DNA of 64,000 bases from NCBI GenBank assembly GCA_963716025.1, contig CAVQSY010000068.1:2108-66107 (forward strand), read 5' to 3'. Shown piece after piece: positions 1 through 13,188 of this stretch; position 1 is the first letter of the stretch; each line of letters begins with the position of its first letter. The stretch comes from an uncultured Chloroflexia bacterium (GTDB taxonomy: Bacteria; Chloroflexota; Limnocylindria; Limnocylindrales; CSP1-4). Both the position numbers and the translations under genes were made by a program. Under the pieces are notes generated by a model. It was given only the letters and a program-made list of their open reading frames with translations, was not told the DNA's origin and made no database searches.

Positions 1-491
1 ATGACATGGCCACGGAGATCCTCGATCGACTGCAGGCCCGAGTCACGACGCGCGAAGAGGACGCTGCGGTACGAGGCTTCACCCTGTTTGAGGCGCCGGA
101 GCAACGGGCGGGCGCCGGTCTCGTGAACCACCCAGCTGACCGGGAAGGGGCTGTCCAGGTAGAGATCGACCTCCCCCTGGCCGAGATGCGTGCCGCGATC
201 GCACCCAGTGAAGACTCGACGACGACCCGAGCCCGACCGATCCCGACCGGGTGCAGACGCGACACCAGCTCCTCGGCGAACGCCATCACCTTGGCGTGCT
301 CGCGGGCCGGCTCGAGCGACACCGAACCGATCGTCAGCACTCCGGTCGGAGCGGCGTCGGCGGTCGGCGCCGACGGATGCCGCGACCGGCTCGCCGCAAC
401 CCACGATGGCCGCGAGCGCCACCGCCAGACACAGCTGCCACCACTTCACCGCCGCGACCCACCCGGCGGTTCCACGAGTTCTGGGCGTCAT
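1..491 (-). pseudogene. PhnD-like periplasmic binding protein, 5' part only (arm A copy of 17616..18605)
   Basis: The reverse complement matches 17616-18100, including the start codon (489-491). A 2-nt insertion near 186 breaks the frame. The rest of the gene would lie beyond the window start. Confidence 0.6.
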
Positions 492-560
492 GGCCTGGGC
501 ACTCCTCCGTTGAGTCGATCCAGGATCATCATAGTCGGCTTCGAGTCCGTCGCGGCCGGA

Positions 561-965
561 TCATTCGGCCGCTCGACGGCTCTGAGACGCCCCCAGAGCT
601 CTCGGACTCGCTCCGCCAGAGTCAGCGGATCGAAAGGTTTACGAATCACACCGATCGACCCGACGGTGAGCAGGTGCTGGACATCCTCCTCAAGCGCTCG
701 AGCCGTCAGAAAAACGACCGGCAGCTCGCGATCGCTGTCGAGGTTTCGGATCGCCGCCGCCACCGACGGCCCGTCCATGCCCGGCATCATCACGTCGAGT
801 CTATCACAGATGGGAGCGATCATCCGGAGTTTCTCGAGCGCCTCGGTGCCGCTGCCGCGTGAACCTGGAGAGCCCCAGACGCTCCAAGGCGAGCCAGAGC
901 ACATCCCGGATGTCCGGATCATCCTCCGCCACCAGTATCCGCTGAAGCGGTCGAGGCTCGGCCAT
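561..965 (-). pseudogene. CheY-like receiver response regulator, decayed arm A copy
   Basis: ORF 488..922(-) carries EALEKLRMIAP...DVMMPGMDGPSVAAAIRNLDSDRELPVVFLTARA, identical to 17135..17545. Clusters of indels and substitutions near 795-815 and 855-880 destroy the N-terminal frame. Confidence 0.7.
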
Positions 966-972
966 TCAGAAC

Positions 973-1449
973 CTACGGCAACACGCGGGTCCAGGTCGAG
1001 CTGCGGCCGAGCAGCGACACTCCGATGTACCCGCGCACGCGCAACTCGCCGTGGTCACCGAGGCGCACCTCTTGCACTTGTAGGTCTTGCCATTGTCCGG
1101 GTCGTAGATCGTGCCCTTGTGCCAGAGGTCGTCCCCGTCAAAGACGAAACCCTCCATGACGAGCAGCCCCGATGAGCGGGCGCGCCTGCAGGCCCTCGTC
1201 CGAATTCTCGCGATCGATCTTGGTCTGCCCCATCCCCTGATCGTCGTCGGCGGCGTACTCGGGCTTCTCCAACCACACGAGGCGGCCGTAGTACTTGCCA
1301 TCCTGCTTGAAGATCTCGACGTGACCGTTGCCGTCCTCGGCGTCGGGCTCGGTCGCCCGCAGACCGAGAATGGCATCGCCGTCGGCGGCCACAGCCCCTG
1401 GGCGGCCGCTGAAGCACAGCAGCATCAGCACCGCCATCGAAGTACGCAT
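973..1449 (-). pseudogene. DUF2147-like secreted protein, frameshifted arm A copy
   Basis: ORFs 1138..1449(-) and 966..1376(-) together match the intact 16651..17127 protein. The total length is the same (477 nt), but internal indels switch the frame. Confidence 0.6.
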
Positions 1450-1498
1450 CCATCACCTCCGTCGCCACATCTGCGCAGCACCATGATACCCGGGCGAA

Positions 1499-1523
1499 GG
1501 GGTCAGGGGTCAGGGGTCAGGGG
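1499..1523 (+). repeat. (GGGGTCA)3GGGG heptamer array, canonical G-quadruplex motif
   Basis: Four GGGG runs separated by TCA, between the divergent DUF2147 (-) and ABC-F (+) genes. Confidence 0.85.
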
Positions 1524-1646
1524 TCGGTTCGCGTTGAGCTGAGGTCAAGGCCCTCGTACCAGCTTTCTGGGACGGCTGCCGGGCGAGTGACCCCCTGCTA
1601 CCCGGACAGGTGCCCTTCGCCCGGGCATCCGGTATGCTACGCGGCC

Positions 1647-3578
<1,932 letters not shown>

Positions 3579-3657
3579 CGCCCCTCTGACGGGCTCAGCG
3601 CCTCAGCGGTTGGTGCTGATGTCCTGATTCCTGAGCCCTCGCAACACGCAACCTCCA

Positions 3658-4925
3658 TCACATCCCGCCGCAGGGCGTGGATGGTGAAGCCGTCGGCCTC
3701 CGGGCGGGGCAGGATGCGGACGCCGCCGGCCGCGGTGGGACGCGCCGGGCAGCACGGGGGCAGCAGGGGCAGCAGGTCGACCGACTCGAAGCCCGTGGGG
3801 ATCGGATCGAAGAGGCACTCGTTCTCCTCGGGCTCGACCGAGCAGGTCGCGTAGACGAGCACGCCACCGGCCCGCACGACCTCACGGGCCGACGCGAGGA
3901 GGCGCGCCTGGACGCCCGCCATCTCGGCGATACCGTTCGGCGACAACCGCCAGCGCAGCTCGGGGTGGCGGCGCAGGGTGCCGCTGCCGGAGCATGGCGC
4001 GTCGAGAAGCACGAGGTCGATCGAACGGGCGGCGAGAGGCGGCGCGGTGGCATCGGCCGCTGCCACGACCCCCGGCAGCAGACCCGCGACGAGACGGCTC
4101 CGGCCGAGATGCCGGTCGAGCGCCAGCAGACGCGTGCCGGGCCGACGGGCGGCCATCAGCGCGGCCTTGCCGCCAGGCGCTGCACAGAGGTCGACGATCG
4201 TCGCGGCATCGGGAGCGGCGGCCAGCGCGACCAGGGCCACGAGCTGCGAGCTCGGGTCCTGGGCATAGGCGCGACCGTCGGCAACCCGGTCGATCAGACG
4301 ACCGACCGGGCCCTCGGAGCGCCACGCCCCGGGGCACCACGGGTGGGGTTCAGAGGCACTCGTCCGGCGGCGCGCCGTGCGTCGATCCGGCGGCCGGGGT
4401 GCGCCACAGACCCACAGATCGGCCGGCCGCTGATCGGCCTCGAAAGCCGCCGTCGCCGCCTCGGTCCCGAAGTGCTCCGGCCGCGCCAGGCCGTTCCGGG
4501 TGTGGACGAGCGCTCTGCGGGAGATCCGTGAAACAGCAGACGATCGAGCTCGGGACCGGCGCGGCGCAGCACGGCGTTGACCAGGCCGGCCGCGCGCGGC
4601 GCCGTCGCCTTGGCGACCTTTTCCACGGCCTCGGAGACCGCGATCTGAACCGGGGGGTGCCTCATGCGCGACGCCTCGTAGAGACCGGCGTGCAGCACGG
4701 CTCGCTCACCGCCGGGTCGAGTCGGGCCCCCAGCCGCCTGGCGCACGTGCGGGCGCCAGCAGATGGTCGAGCGTGAGCTGCCAGCGCAGCGCGCCGAGGA
4801 CGATCTCGCGCGTTCGCCGGGCGCGGCGTTCGCCCAGGAGCCGGGCGGCGTGGGCACCCGCGGCGTCGACCCTGGCGAGCACCGCCGCCGCCCGCCGCCG
4901 CGGGTCAGCGGGAAGTGCTCGCCTG
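3658..4925 (-). pseudogene. rsmB: 16S rRNA m5C methyltransferase RsmB/Sun, arm A copy, frameshifted
   Basis: ORF 3236..4240(-) contains DLCAAPGGKAALMAA, LLDAPCSGSGTLRRHPELRW and VYATCSVEPEENE. One extra C at ~3665 removes the stop that arm B uses. The N-terminal part is spread over other frames. Confidence 0.7.
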
Positions 4926-5875
4926 GCGCAACCCGTTCTCCGAGAATGAAGGCGTCGGCGGGCAGCCGGCGGCGGCCCTCGCGCTGCAGCTCCGTGAGCA
5001 CCGCGATCTTCGATCCCTCGCCGCAGCGCACCGCGATGCCGGCGCCGGGTCTATGCCGATTCACCCCGTGCCCGGAGCCTCGTCGCCGGGGAGGAGTCGC
5101 GCGATCTCCCCAGGCCGTGCACCTTCGAGCCGGCCGCCGCGAAAGCTGCAGTCAGAGCCCCGGCCACGGGATCGAGCGCGCGGCTCCGACGCTGCCAGCT
5201 CCAGCGCGGGCGGGCTGCGACCAGTCGATTGTGGCGGCCGTGGCGGCGGTCGAGCTTCTCCGTCACCTTGCGCTGCAGGCGGCGCTGCTCTGTCTGGGCG
5301 ACGGCGGCGGAAGTACAGGCAGCCAGACCGGCGATCGTCTCGGCGAGCAGCTCGGCGCCGAGCCACGGCGAGCCGCTCGGCGAGCAGCTCCGCGGTGTCG
5401 CGCGCATCGATCGGAACCCGCCGCTGAAGCAGGATCGGCCCCGTGTCCATCCCCTCGTCGAGCAGCATGGTGGTCACCCCGGTCGGCCGGTCGCCGCGCA
5501 CCAGATCGCCCCCTCGATCGGTGATGGACCCCGATGCCGGGGCAGCAGGCAGGGGTGGACGTTCACGAAACCGAAGCGCGGCACCCCGAGGAGCTCGGAG
5601 GGGATCAGCTTCCCGTAGGCGACCACCACCGCCACGTCGGCGCCAACCTCGGCGAGCTCGGCCGCGAATCTCTCGTTCTTCAGTCCCTTGGGCTGGCTTA
5701 CCGCGAGGCCGTGGCGGTGCGCAACCTCGACTGCGGGCGGCGCCGTCAGCACCTGATGGCGCCCGATCGGCTGATCCGGCTTCGACACCACCAGCGCCAC
5801 CTGGTGCCGACTCGCCACCAGGCGCTCGAGCGTCGGCAGAGCGAACTCTGGCGTACCGAAGAAGACCGTCTTCAT
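4905..5875 (-). pseudogene. fmt: Methionyl-tRNA formyltransferase, arm A copy, frameshifted
   Basis: ORF 5474..5905(-) has MKTVFFGTPEFALPTLERL...VVAYGKLIP...FGFVNVHPCLLPRHRGPSPI. It continues in ORF 5061..5501(-) with GVTTMLLDEGMDTGPILLQ. Confidence 0.8.
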
Positions 5876-6009
5876 CACGCGGGAGTCTAACATCCGTGCC
5901 ACCACCCAGATTCTTTGCCCAGTAAGGCGAGGAATCTGGCTATCATGACCGTTTCAGGAGGCCGAGGGCCTCCCCTTGAGACGCTGTATACTTTCCCCCG
6001 GAGGGGCCG

Positions 6010-7991
6010 ATGACGGAGACCACGCCCGCCGCGATCCGTGCGGCGCTCGACGACATCCTGCCCGGGGTCCAGAAGCCGTCGCGCTACCTCGGGCTCGAGC
6101 GGAATCTGGTGCCGCAAGGCGCTGGGACGAGGTCGCGGTGCGGGTGGCCCTCGCCTTCCCCGACGCCTACGAGATCGGGATGAGCCACCGGGACGAAGAT
6201 CCTCTACGAGATCGTCAACCGCCGGGAGGGCCTCGCCGAGCGCAGCTACGCGCCGTGGGTCGACCTGGAGGAGGTGATGCGCGCACGCGACGTCCCGCTC
6301 TTCTCCATCGAGTCGTGCGCCCCGGTGCGCGACTTCGACGTCGTCGGCTTCTCCCTCCAGAGCGAGCTGAACTACACGAACGTGCCCGAACATGCTCGAC
6401 CTCGCGGGGATCCCGCTTCGCCGCCGAGCGCGGCGACGGCCGACCCGGTCGTCATCGGCGGCGGGCCCTGCGTCGCGAACCCCGAGCCGGTCGCCGACTT
6501 CTTCGACGTCTTCCTGATCGGCGACGCCGAGGAGGCGCTCGACGTCTTCCTCGACGCCGTCCGCGACGGCCGCGCCGCCGGGGCGCCGCGCCGCGACGGC
6601 TCCTCGCCGCTCGCCGGCGATCCCGGCATCTACGTCCCGTCCTCTACGACGTGGACCTACGGCGCGGCGGACGGCGCCGGCGGATCGCGTACGCGCTCGA
6701 CGACGACGCCCCGCTTCCCGGAGGCGAGCGGGTCTGGGTCGAGAAGCTCGACCCCGGCCGACCCCGGAAGCCCGATGGTCCCGTCCGTCGACATCGTCCA
6801 GGACCGCCTCGGCCTCGAGATCATGCGCGGCTGCACGCAGGGCTGCCGCTTCTGCCAGGCGGGCTACTGGTACCGCCCGGTGCGCGAGCTCGACCCCGCG
6901 GACGTCGCCCGGATGACGAAGGCTTCATCGACGAGACGGGCTGGTCGGAGGTCGGCCTCCTCTCCCTCTCCTCGGCCGACTACTCGCAGATCGAGCCGCT
7001 CGTGGTGTCCTCGCCGCCGAGCTCGCCGACGACGAAGGTCTCCATCTCGCTGCCGTCGCTGCGCGCCGAGGCCTTCTCGGTCGCCCTCGCCGACGCCGTC
7101 TCGGAGGTGCGGAAGTCGGGCTTCACGTTCGCGCCCGAGACCGGCTCCGACCGCCTCCGCCGCGTCATCAACAAGACCTTCACGAACGACGACATGGTGA
7201 AGGCCGCGCGCGTCGCCTTCGAGCGCGGCTGGGACCTGATCAAGGTCTACACGATGATCGGCCTCCCCACCGAGACGACGCCGACCTCGACGAGCTCGTG
7301 CACGCTCGTCGCGAACATCCTCGCCGAGGGCCGCCAGAAGCGCGGTGACGGCCGTCGGTCAACGTCTCCGTCGGCTCCTTCGTCCCGAAGAGCTTCACGC
7401 CGTTCCAGTGGTCCGCCGTTCGACGGCGTCGAGCTGCGAACGGAGAGATCCGCGTTCTCAAGGAGAAGCTTCCGCCGCATCCGCGGCGCCAAGCTGAAGT
7501 GGCACGACCCGAGCGAGGCCGAGATCGAGGCGCTGCTCTCGCGCGGCGACCGGCGGATGTCGCAGGCCCTCCTGGCGCCCACGACCGCGGCGCGCGGTTC
7601 GACGGCTGGTCGGAGCACTTCTCCTCGGCGCTGGCGGAGGCGCTCGCCGACGCGGGCGTCGAATCGCCGAGGAGCTGGCACCGCGCAGAAGGACCTCGGG
7701 GAGACGCTCCCCTGGGACGTCGTCGACGCCTCGTCCGCAAGCCCTTCCTCGTGGTCGAGTGGAAGAAGGGCGCAGCGCGAGATCGCAGACCGAGGACTGC
7801 AAGTGGGGCCACTGCTACCGCTGCGGCGTCCCCGGCAACGGCGAGGACACCCAGCTCGCGTCGTCTCGAGCCTGCCGGTGCTCGGCGAGCTGCTGCCAGA
7901 GGACGAGCGCCCAAGGCCGCCGCGTACCGCCGGCGACCTGCGCCTCGCGTCGCCCGCCGCGGCACCGAGCCCGCCCAGCCGCGGTCCATGA
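6010..7991 (+). pseudogene. B12-binding-domain radical SAM protein (TIGR03960-like), arm A copy, many frameshifts
   Basis: Recognisable segments: MTETTPAAIRAALDDILPGVQKPSRYLGLERN, FPDAYEIGMSH, GGGPCVANPEPVADFFDVFLIGDAEEA, EIMRGCTQGCRFCQAGYWYRPVRE (CxxxCxxC), INKTFTNDDM. Confidence 0.75.
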
Positions 7992-8619
7992 TCCGCTATC
8001 GCTTGACGTGGCGAAGACCGGGGACGCCCGCTTCCTCTCGCACCGCCAGGTCATGGACACCCTCGAACGGGTGCTGCGGCAGCGAGGCTGCCGGTGCGCT
8101 ACACCGAGGGCTTCAACCCTCACATCCGGCTGTCGATGGGGCCGGCACTGCGGGGTCGGTCACGCCGGTCTCGCTGAGATCTTCGACGTCGACTGCACCG
8201 CCCCGATCCGCGCGCCCCACCTCACCGCCGCGACCGCGCTCCTTCCGGCAGGGCTCGATGTGATCGACGCGCGGCCATTGCTCGCCGGCGCCCCGTCTCT
8301 CGGCAAGATGGTCGCCGCGGCACGCTATCGCGTCGCGGCCCCGCCGGCCGGGGAGTGGCCCGACACCCCCGACTCCCTGCCTGGAGAGATTCGCGCCGGC
8401 ATTCTGTCGTGGGACCGGCGTGAGGACGGGGCTCTCCGACTCGAGCTCAATCTTCGCCAGGAGGACGGGCCGATCGTGAGCGTCAAGTCCATCGCCGCCG
8501 CCCACGGGCTGGACGCCGCAACCGTCGTACGCCTTCGCGCCATCCGCGAGCGGCTCGTGCTCCGCCCACGAGCCGGCGCCGGCACCGCTGCCGGCACCGT
8601 GGAGGTCGCGACGACATGA
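7988..8619 (+). pseudogene. DUF2344/TIGR03936-like protein, arm A copy (about 3 frameshifts in the first ~170 nt, clean afterwards)
   Basis: MIRYRLTW / AKTGDARFLSHRQVMDTLERVLRQ / YTEGFNPHIRLSMGPAL. Its ATG overlaps the radical-SAM stop (ATGA at 7988-7991). Its stop overlaps the queD start (ATGA at 8616-8619). Confidence 0.65.
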
Positions 8620-8999
8620 GCCGCTGGGTCGTCCACTCCGAGACCGAGTTCGACGCCGTGCACGCCCTGACGACCTATCTCGGCGCGCCGGAAGTGCCGC
8701 ATACGCACCGCTGGCGGGTGGCGATCCGGGTCGGCACCGACCACCTTCACCCCGAGGGCTATGCGATCGACTTCCATGGCGTTCACCACCTTCTGGCAGA
8801 GGTCGTGGCGCCGCTCGACGGCGCCGACCTCAATCGCGAACCAGAGATTGGTGTACCGTCGCCGACCGCCGAGCGGCTCGCCGAGGTTGTCGCCAGTCGC
8901 CTGAGCCCACACTGTCACGCCATCGAGGCGCGGCTGCTCTCCGTCAGCGTCTGGGAAGGGCCCGGTAACCGGGTCGACCTCGAGCTCGACTCGCGCTGA
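8616..8999 (+). CDS. queD: 6-carboxytetrahydropterin synthase / PTPS-family protein (QueD-like), intact
   Basis: 127-aa ORF with a His-rich metal-site region (PHTHRW) and GYAIDFHGVHHLLAEVVAPLDGADLN, resembling the PTPS/QueD pattern. Confidence 0.7.
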   Translation: MSRWVVHSETEFDAVHALTTYLGAPEVPHTHRWRVAIRVGTDHLHPEGYAIDFHGVHHLLAEVVAPLDGADLNREPEIGVPSPTAERLAEVVASRLSPHCHAIEARLLSVSVWEGPGNRVDLELDSR

Positions 9000-9181
9000 C
9001 CGGCCAGTGCGGCCCGCAGGTCAGGCGAACCCGAAACCGGTCGGACCGACGGCCGAGGAGACGGCCTCGACGAGCTGAGCACCCGATCAAGGGTGCTCAG
9101 CTCGTCGAGGCCGTCTCCTCGGCCGTCGGTTCCGACCCGGTTTCGGGTTCCGCCTGACCTGCGGGCCGCACTGGCCGGTCA
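8998..9181. repeat. Palindrome centre: ~85-bp near-perfect stem around the 6-nt loop GATCAA (9085-9090)
   Basis: 8998-9084 versus the reverse complement of 9091-9180 differ only by three 1-nt length differences in short G or A runs. The stem starts right after the two facing queD stop codons (8997-8999 and 9179-9181). Confidence 0.9.
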
Positions 9182-9533
9182 GCGCGAGTCGAGCTCGAGG
9201 TCGACCCGGCTACCGGGCCCTTCCCCAGACGCTGACGGAGAGCAGCCGCGCCTCGAGGGCGTGACATGGCGACTGGCGACAACCTCGGCGAGCCGCTCGG
9301 CGGTCGGCGACGGTACACCATCTGGTTGGCGACGTCGGCGCCGTGAGCGCGTCTGCAAGGTGGTGGATCGCCAGATGGAAGTCGATCGCATAGCCCTGGT
9401 GAAGGTGGTCGGTGCCGAGCCGGATCGCCACCCGCGGCGGGTTTCGGTATGCGGCGCTTCCCGGCGCGCCGAGATAGGTCGTCAGGGCGCGCGGCGTCGA
9501 CTCGGTCTCGGAGTGGACGACCCAGCGGCTCAT
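9179..9533 (-). pseudogene. queD: QueD-like gene, decayed arm B copy
   Basis: Same start context and same C-terminal ...RLLSVSVW as 8616..8999. It is net 29 nt shorter, with many substitutions and indels between, and no single frame survives. Confidence 0.75.
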
Positions 9534-10152
9534 GTCGTCGCGACCTCCACGGTGCGGCGGTGCCGGCGCCGGCTCGTGGGCGGAGCACGAGCCGCACGCG
9601 GATGGCGCGAAGGCGTACGACGGTTGCGGCGTCCCAGCGGGCGGCGGCGATGGACTTGACGCTCACGATCGGCCCGTCCTCCTGGCGAAGATTGAGCTCG
9701 AGTCGGAGCCCCGTCCTCACGCCGGTCCACGACAGAATGCCGGCGCGAATCTCTCCAGGCAGGGAGTCGGGGGTGTCGGGCCGCCCCGCCGGCGGGGCCG
9801 CGACGCGATAGCGTGCACCGGCCGCCGTTGTTTGCCCGAGAGATGGTGTCCGGGGAGGAGTAGCACATCAAGCAGATCGAGGCGGTCCCAGAAGGAGGGC
9901 GCTCGGCGGCTGCGACCTGGCGCACGGCCGACCCCGGGGCGGTGCAGTGCGACGAAGATCTCGGCCCAGACCCTCGTGGCCGAGCGGCAGTGCCGGACCC
10001 ATCGACAGCCGGATGTGAGGGTTGAACCCCTCGGTGTAGTGCACCGGCAGCTTCGCTGCCCGCAACACCCGTTCAAGGGCGTCCATGACCTGACGGCGAG
10101 AGGAAGCGGGCGTCCGCCGGTTCTTCGCCATCGTGAAGCGATAGCGGCGATG
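9530..10152 (-). pseudogene. DUF2344/TIGR03936-like, arm B copy, frameshifted, start codon lost
   Basis: The reverse strand encodes RYRFTMAK...QVMDALERVLRAAKLPVHYTEGFNPHIRLSMGPALPLGHEG, then changes frame repeatedly. ATG is replaced by ATC at ~10150. Confidence 0.6.
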
Positions 10153-12121
10153 GACCTCGGCTTGACGGACCGGTGGAGCAGCGGCGGGCGGAACGCGAGG
10201 CGCAGGTCGCCGCCGAATAGGCAGCGACCTTCGGGTCCTGGTGCTGCTCCTGGCAGGAGCTCGCCGAGCACCGGCGGGGTGGCCGACGCGAAAGTAGTAT
10301 CCTGCCGTCGCCGGGGATGCCGCAGTGGTAGCAGTGGCCCCACTTGCAGTCCTCGGTTGCAAGCTCGCGCTGCGCCCGTCGCCACTCGGCCCCGCCGGTA
10401 GCTCTTTCGGACGCCGGCGTCGATCACGTCCCAGGGCAACGGAGCTGCGTTCGTCGCGGGCGCCGAGCTCGGCGCCGAGATCGACGCCCGTGTCGGCGAT
10501 CGCGCTCCGCCATGCGCCGAGGTTCAGATGGTCGGACCAACCGTCGAACACGGCGCCGTGATCGTGGGCGAGCGCGATGGTCCGGAACCGCCGATCGCCG
10601 CGCGACAGCAGTGTCGAGCGCCGACTCCTCGGGATCGGACCAGGTCAGGCGAGCCCCTTTGATGCGGCGGAAGCGGTCCCTGAGAACCCGGATTCTCCGT
10701 TCGAGCTCGGGCACCGGCACCAGACGGCTGCCACTGGAACGGGGTCCATGCCTTGGGCACGAAGCAACCGACGGACACCTTGATCTCGACCCGTCCACCG
10801 CGCTCCTGGCGGCCGGCGCGGACCGGGATTCCTCGGCGAGCACCGCGAGCTCCTCGAGGTCGTCGTCGCTCTCGGTGGGGAGCCCGACCATCGCGTAGAC
10901 CTTGATCAGGTTCCAGCCGCTGGCGAAGGCGGCGCGCGCTGCCTGGATCATGTCGGCATTGGAAAAGGTCTTGTTGATCACCCTCCGGAGGCGATCGGAG
11001 CCGTCTCGGCGCGAAGCGGGAAGCCTTTGCGGACCCGGGACAGCTGCCTCGGCGAGGCCGACCGAGAGCATCGGCGCGAAGGCTCGGCAGAACTGACGGA
11101 GACCCGCCGGTCAGCCAGGCGTTCGGCGAGCGAGTACACCAGCGGCTCGACCTGCGAGTAGTCGGCGGACGACAGGCTGAGCAGACCGACCTCCTCGAAG
11201 CCGCGCGCACCTGGGCGAGCATGCGGATTGGCGAACCACCTCGGGGTCGTGCTCCCGTACCGGCCGGTTCCAGTAGCCGGCCTGGCAGAAGCGGCATCCG
11301 GTACGCCGCGCATGATCTCCATGCCGACCCGGTCCTGGATGACCTCGGCGAACGGGACGATCGGAACCTCCGGCTGGTCGGCCGGGTCGAGATTCGCGAC
11401 CCAGACCCGATGGACCGGAAGCGGAGCGTCGTCGTCGAGCGTGACCCATCCGCCGGTCGGCCGGAGCCGGGGTTCCAGGCGTAGAAGGACGGCACGTAGA
11501 CGCCGTCGATCGCGGCGAGCCGGCGCAGCACCGTCCGCCGCAGCTCCCCGGCGGCGAGGCCGTCGCGGATGGCGTCGAGCATCGCATCGAGGGAGGCCTC
11601 GCCGTCGCCGATCAGGATGGCGTCAAAGAAGTCGGCGACCGGTTCGGGATTCGCCGTGCAAGGACCGCCGCCGAGCACGAAGGGCATGCCGTCGGCGCGC
11701 TCGGCGGCGACTGGGAATGCCGGCCAGGTCGAGTAGGTAGGGCACGTTGACGTAGTTGAGCTCGGACTGCAGCGAAATGCCGACCGCGTCGAACTCGCGC
11801 ACGGGGTGGTAGGACTCGAGGGTGTACAGCGGGACGTGAGCGGCGCGCATCGCGGCGGCCATGTCCGCATCGGAGCGTAACAGCGCTCGGCGAGGCGCGT
11901 CCGGTCGGCGGTTGACGAGGTGGTAGAGGATCCGCGCATCCCTGGTGGGACATGCCGATCTCGTAGGCGTCGGGGAAGGCGAGGGCCACCCGCACCGCCA
12001 CCTCGTCCCAGCCCTTGCGGGTCAGGTTCCGCTCCAGCCCCAGGTAGCGCGACGGCTTCTGGACCCCGGGCAGAATGTCATCGAGCGCCGCACGTATCGC
12101 GGCGGGCGTGGTCTCCGTCAT
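10153..12121 (-). pseudogene. Radical SAM protein (TIGR03960-like), arm B paralogue, many frameshifts
   Basis: ORF 11612..12121(-) has MTETTPAAIRAALDDILPGVQKPSRYLGLERNL...FPDAYEIGMSHQG. Further pieces: VPLYTLESYHPVREFDAVGISLQSELNYVNVP, EIMRG...CRFCQAGYWNRPVRE. Confidence 0.7.
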
Positions 12122-12255
12122 CGGCCCCTCCGGGGGAAAGTATACAGCGTCTCAAGGGGAGGCCCTCGGCCTCCTGAAACGGTCATGATAGCCAGATTCC
12201 TCGCCTTACTGGGCAAAGAATCTGGGTGGTGGCACGGATGTTAGACTCCCGCGTG

Positions 12256-13188
12256 ATGAAGACGGTCTTCTTCGGTACGCCAGAGTTCGCTCTGCCGACG
12301 CTCGAGCGCCTGGTGGCGAGTCGGCACCAGGTGGCGCTGGGGTGTCGAAGCCGGATCAGCCGATCGGGCGCCATCAGGTGCTGACGGCGCCGCCCGCAGT
12401 CGAGGTTGCGCACCGCCACGGCCTCGCGGTAAGCCAGCCCAAGGGACTGAAGAACGAGAGATTCGCGGCCGAGCTCGCCGAGGTTGGCGCCGACGTGGCG
12501 GTGGTGGTCGCCTACGGGAAGCTGATCCCCTCCGAGTTCCTCGGGGTGCCGCGCTTCGGTTTCGTCAACCTCCACCCGAGCCTGCTGCCCCGGCACCGGG
12601 GACCATCGCCGATCCAGTGGGCTCTGGTGTGCGGCGACCGGTCGACCGGCGTGACCACCATGCAGCTCGACGAGGGAATGGACACGGGGCCGATCCTGCT
12701 TCAGCGCCGGGTTCCGATCGATCCTCGCGACACCGCGGAGCTGCTCGCCCCGCGGCTCGCCGAGCTCGGCGCCGAGCTGATCATCGAGACCCTCGACGGG
12801 CTCGAGGCCGGCACCCTCGAACCGACTCCTCAGCCGAGCGACGGCGCCACCGTCAGCCCGATGCTCAGGCGGAACTTCGCCAAGGTCGACTGGACGATGC
12901 CGGCCCGCACCCTGGTCAATCGACTGCGAGGGCTGACGCCGTGGCCTGGGATCTACTGCAAGCTGCGCGGCGGGCGCGTCAAGCTCTTCGGGCTCGAGGA
13001 GGTGGTGCCGCCACCGGCCGGCGACGAGGAGCCTGGAGGGGTGGTCGCCGTGGAAAACGATGGCATCCTGGTTCGTTGCGGCCGAGGCACCGCGGTTCGA
13101 GTCACCGAGCTGCAGCGCGAGGGGCGTCGCGGATGCCGGTACGTGGCTGATCGGTGAGCAGGTCACCCGCGGTGAGCACTTCAGCTGA
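12256..13188 (+). CDS. fmt: Methionyl-tRNA formyltransferase, arm B copy (frameshifts near 12340 and 13130; 12342-13157 is one clean ORF)
   Basis: MKTVFFGTPEFALPTLERLVASRHQVAL, then ORF 12342..13157 with SKPDQPIGRHQVL...FVNLHPSLLPRHRGPSPIQWAL...GVTTMQLDEGMDTGPILLQ. Confidence 0.8.

Noticed and set aside
5957-5973. Small palindrome GGAGGCC-GAG-GGCCTCC in the fmt/radical-SAM divergent intergenic region, as a possible operator.
   Set aside because: It is real in the sequence and identical in both arms. However, a 7-bp stem in GC-rich DNA is weak evidence, and I cannot tie it to a regulator.
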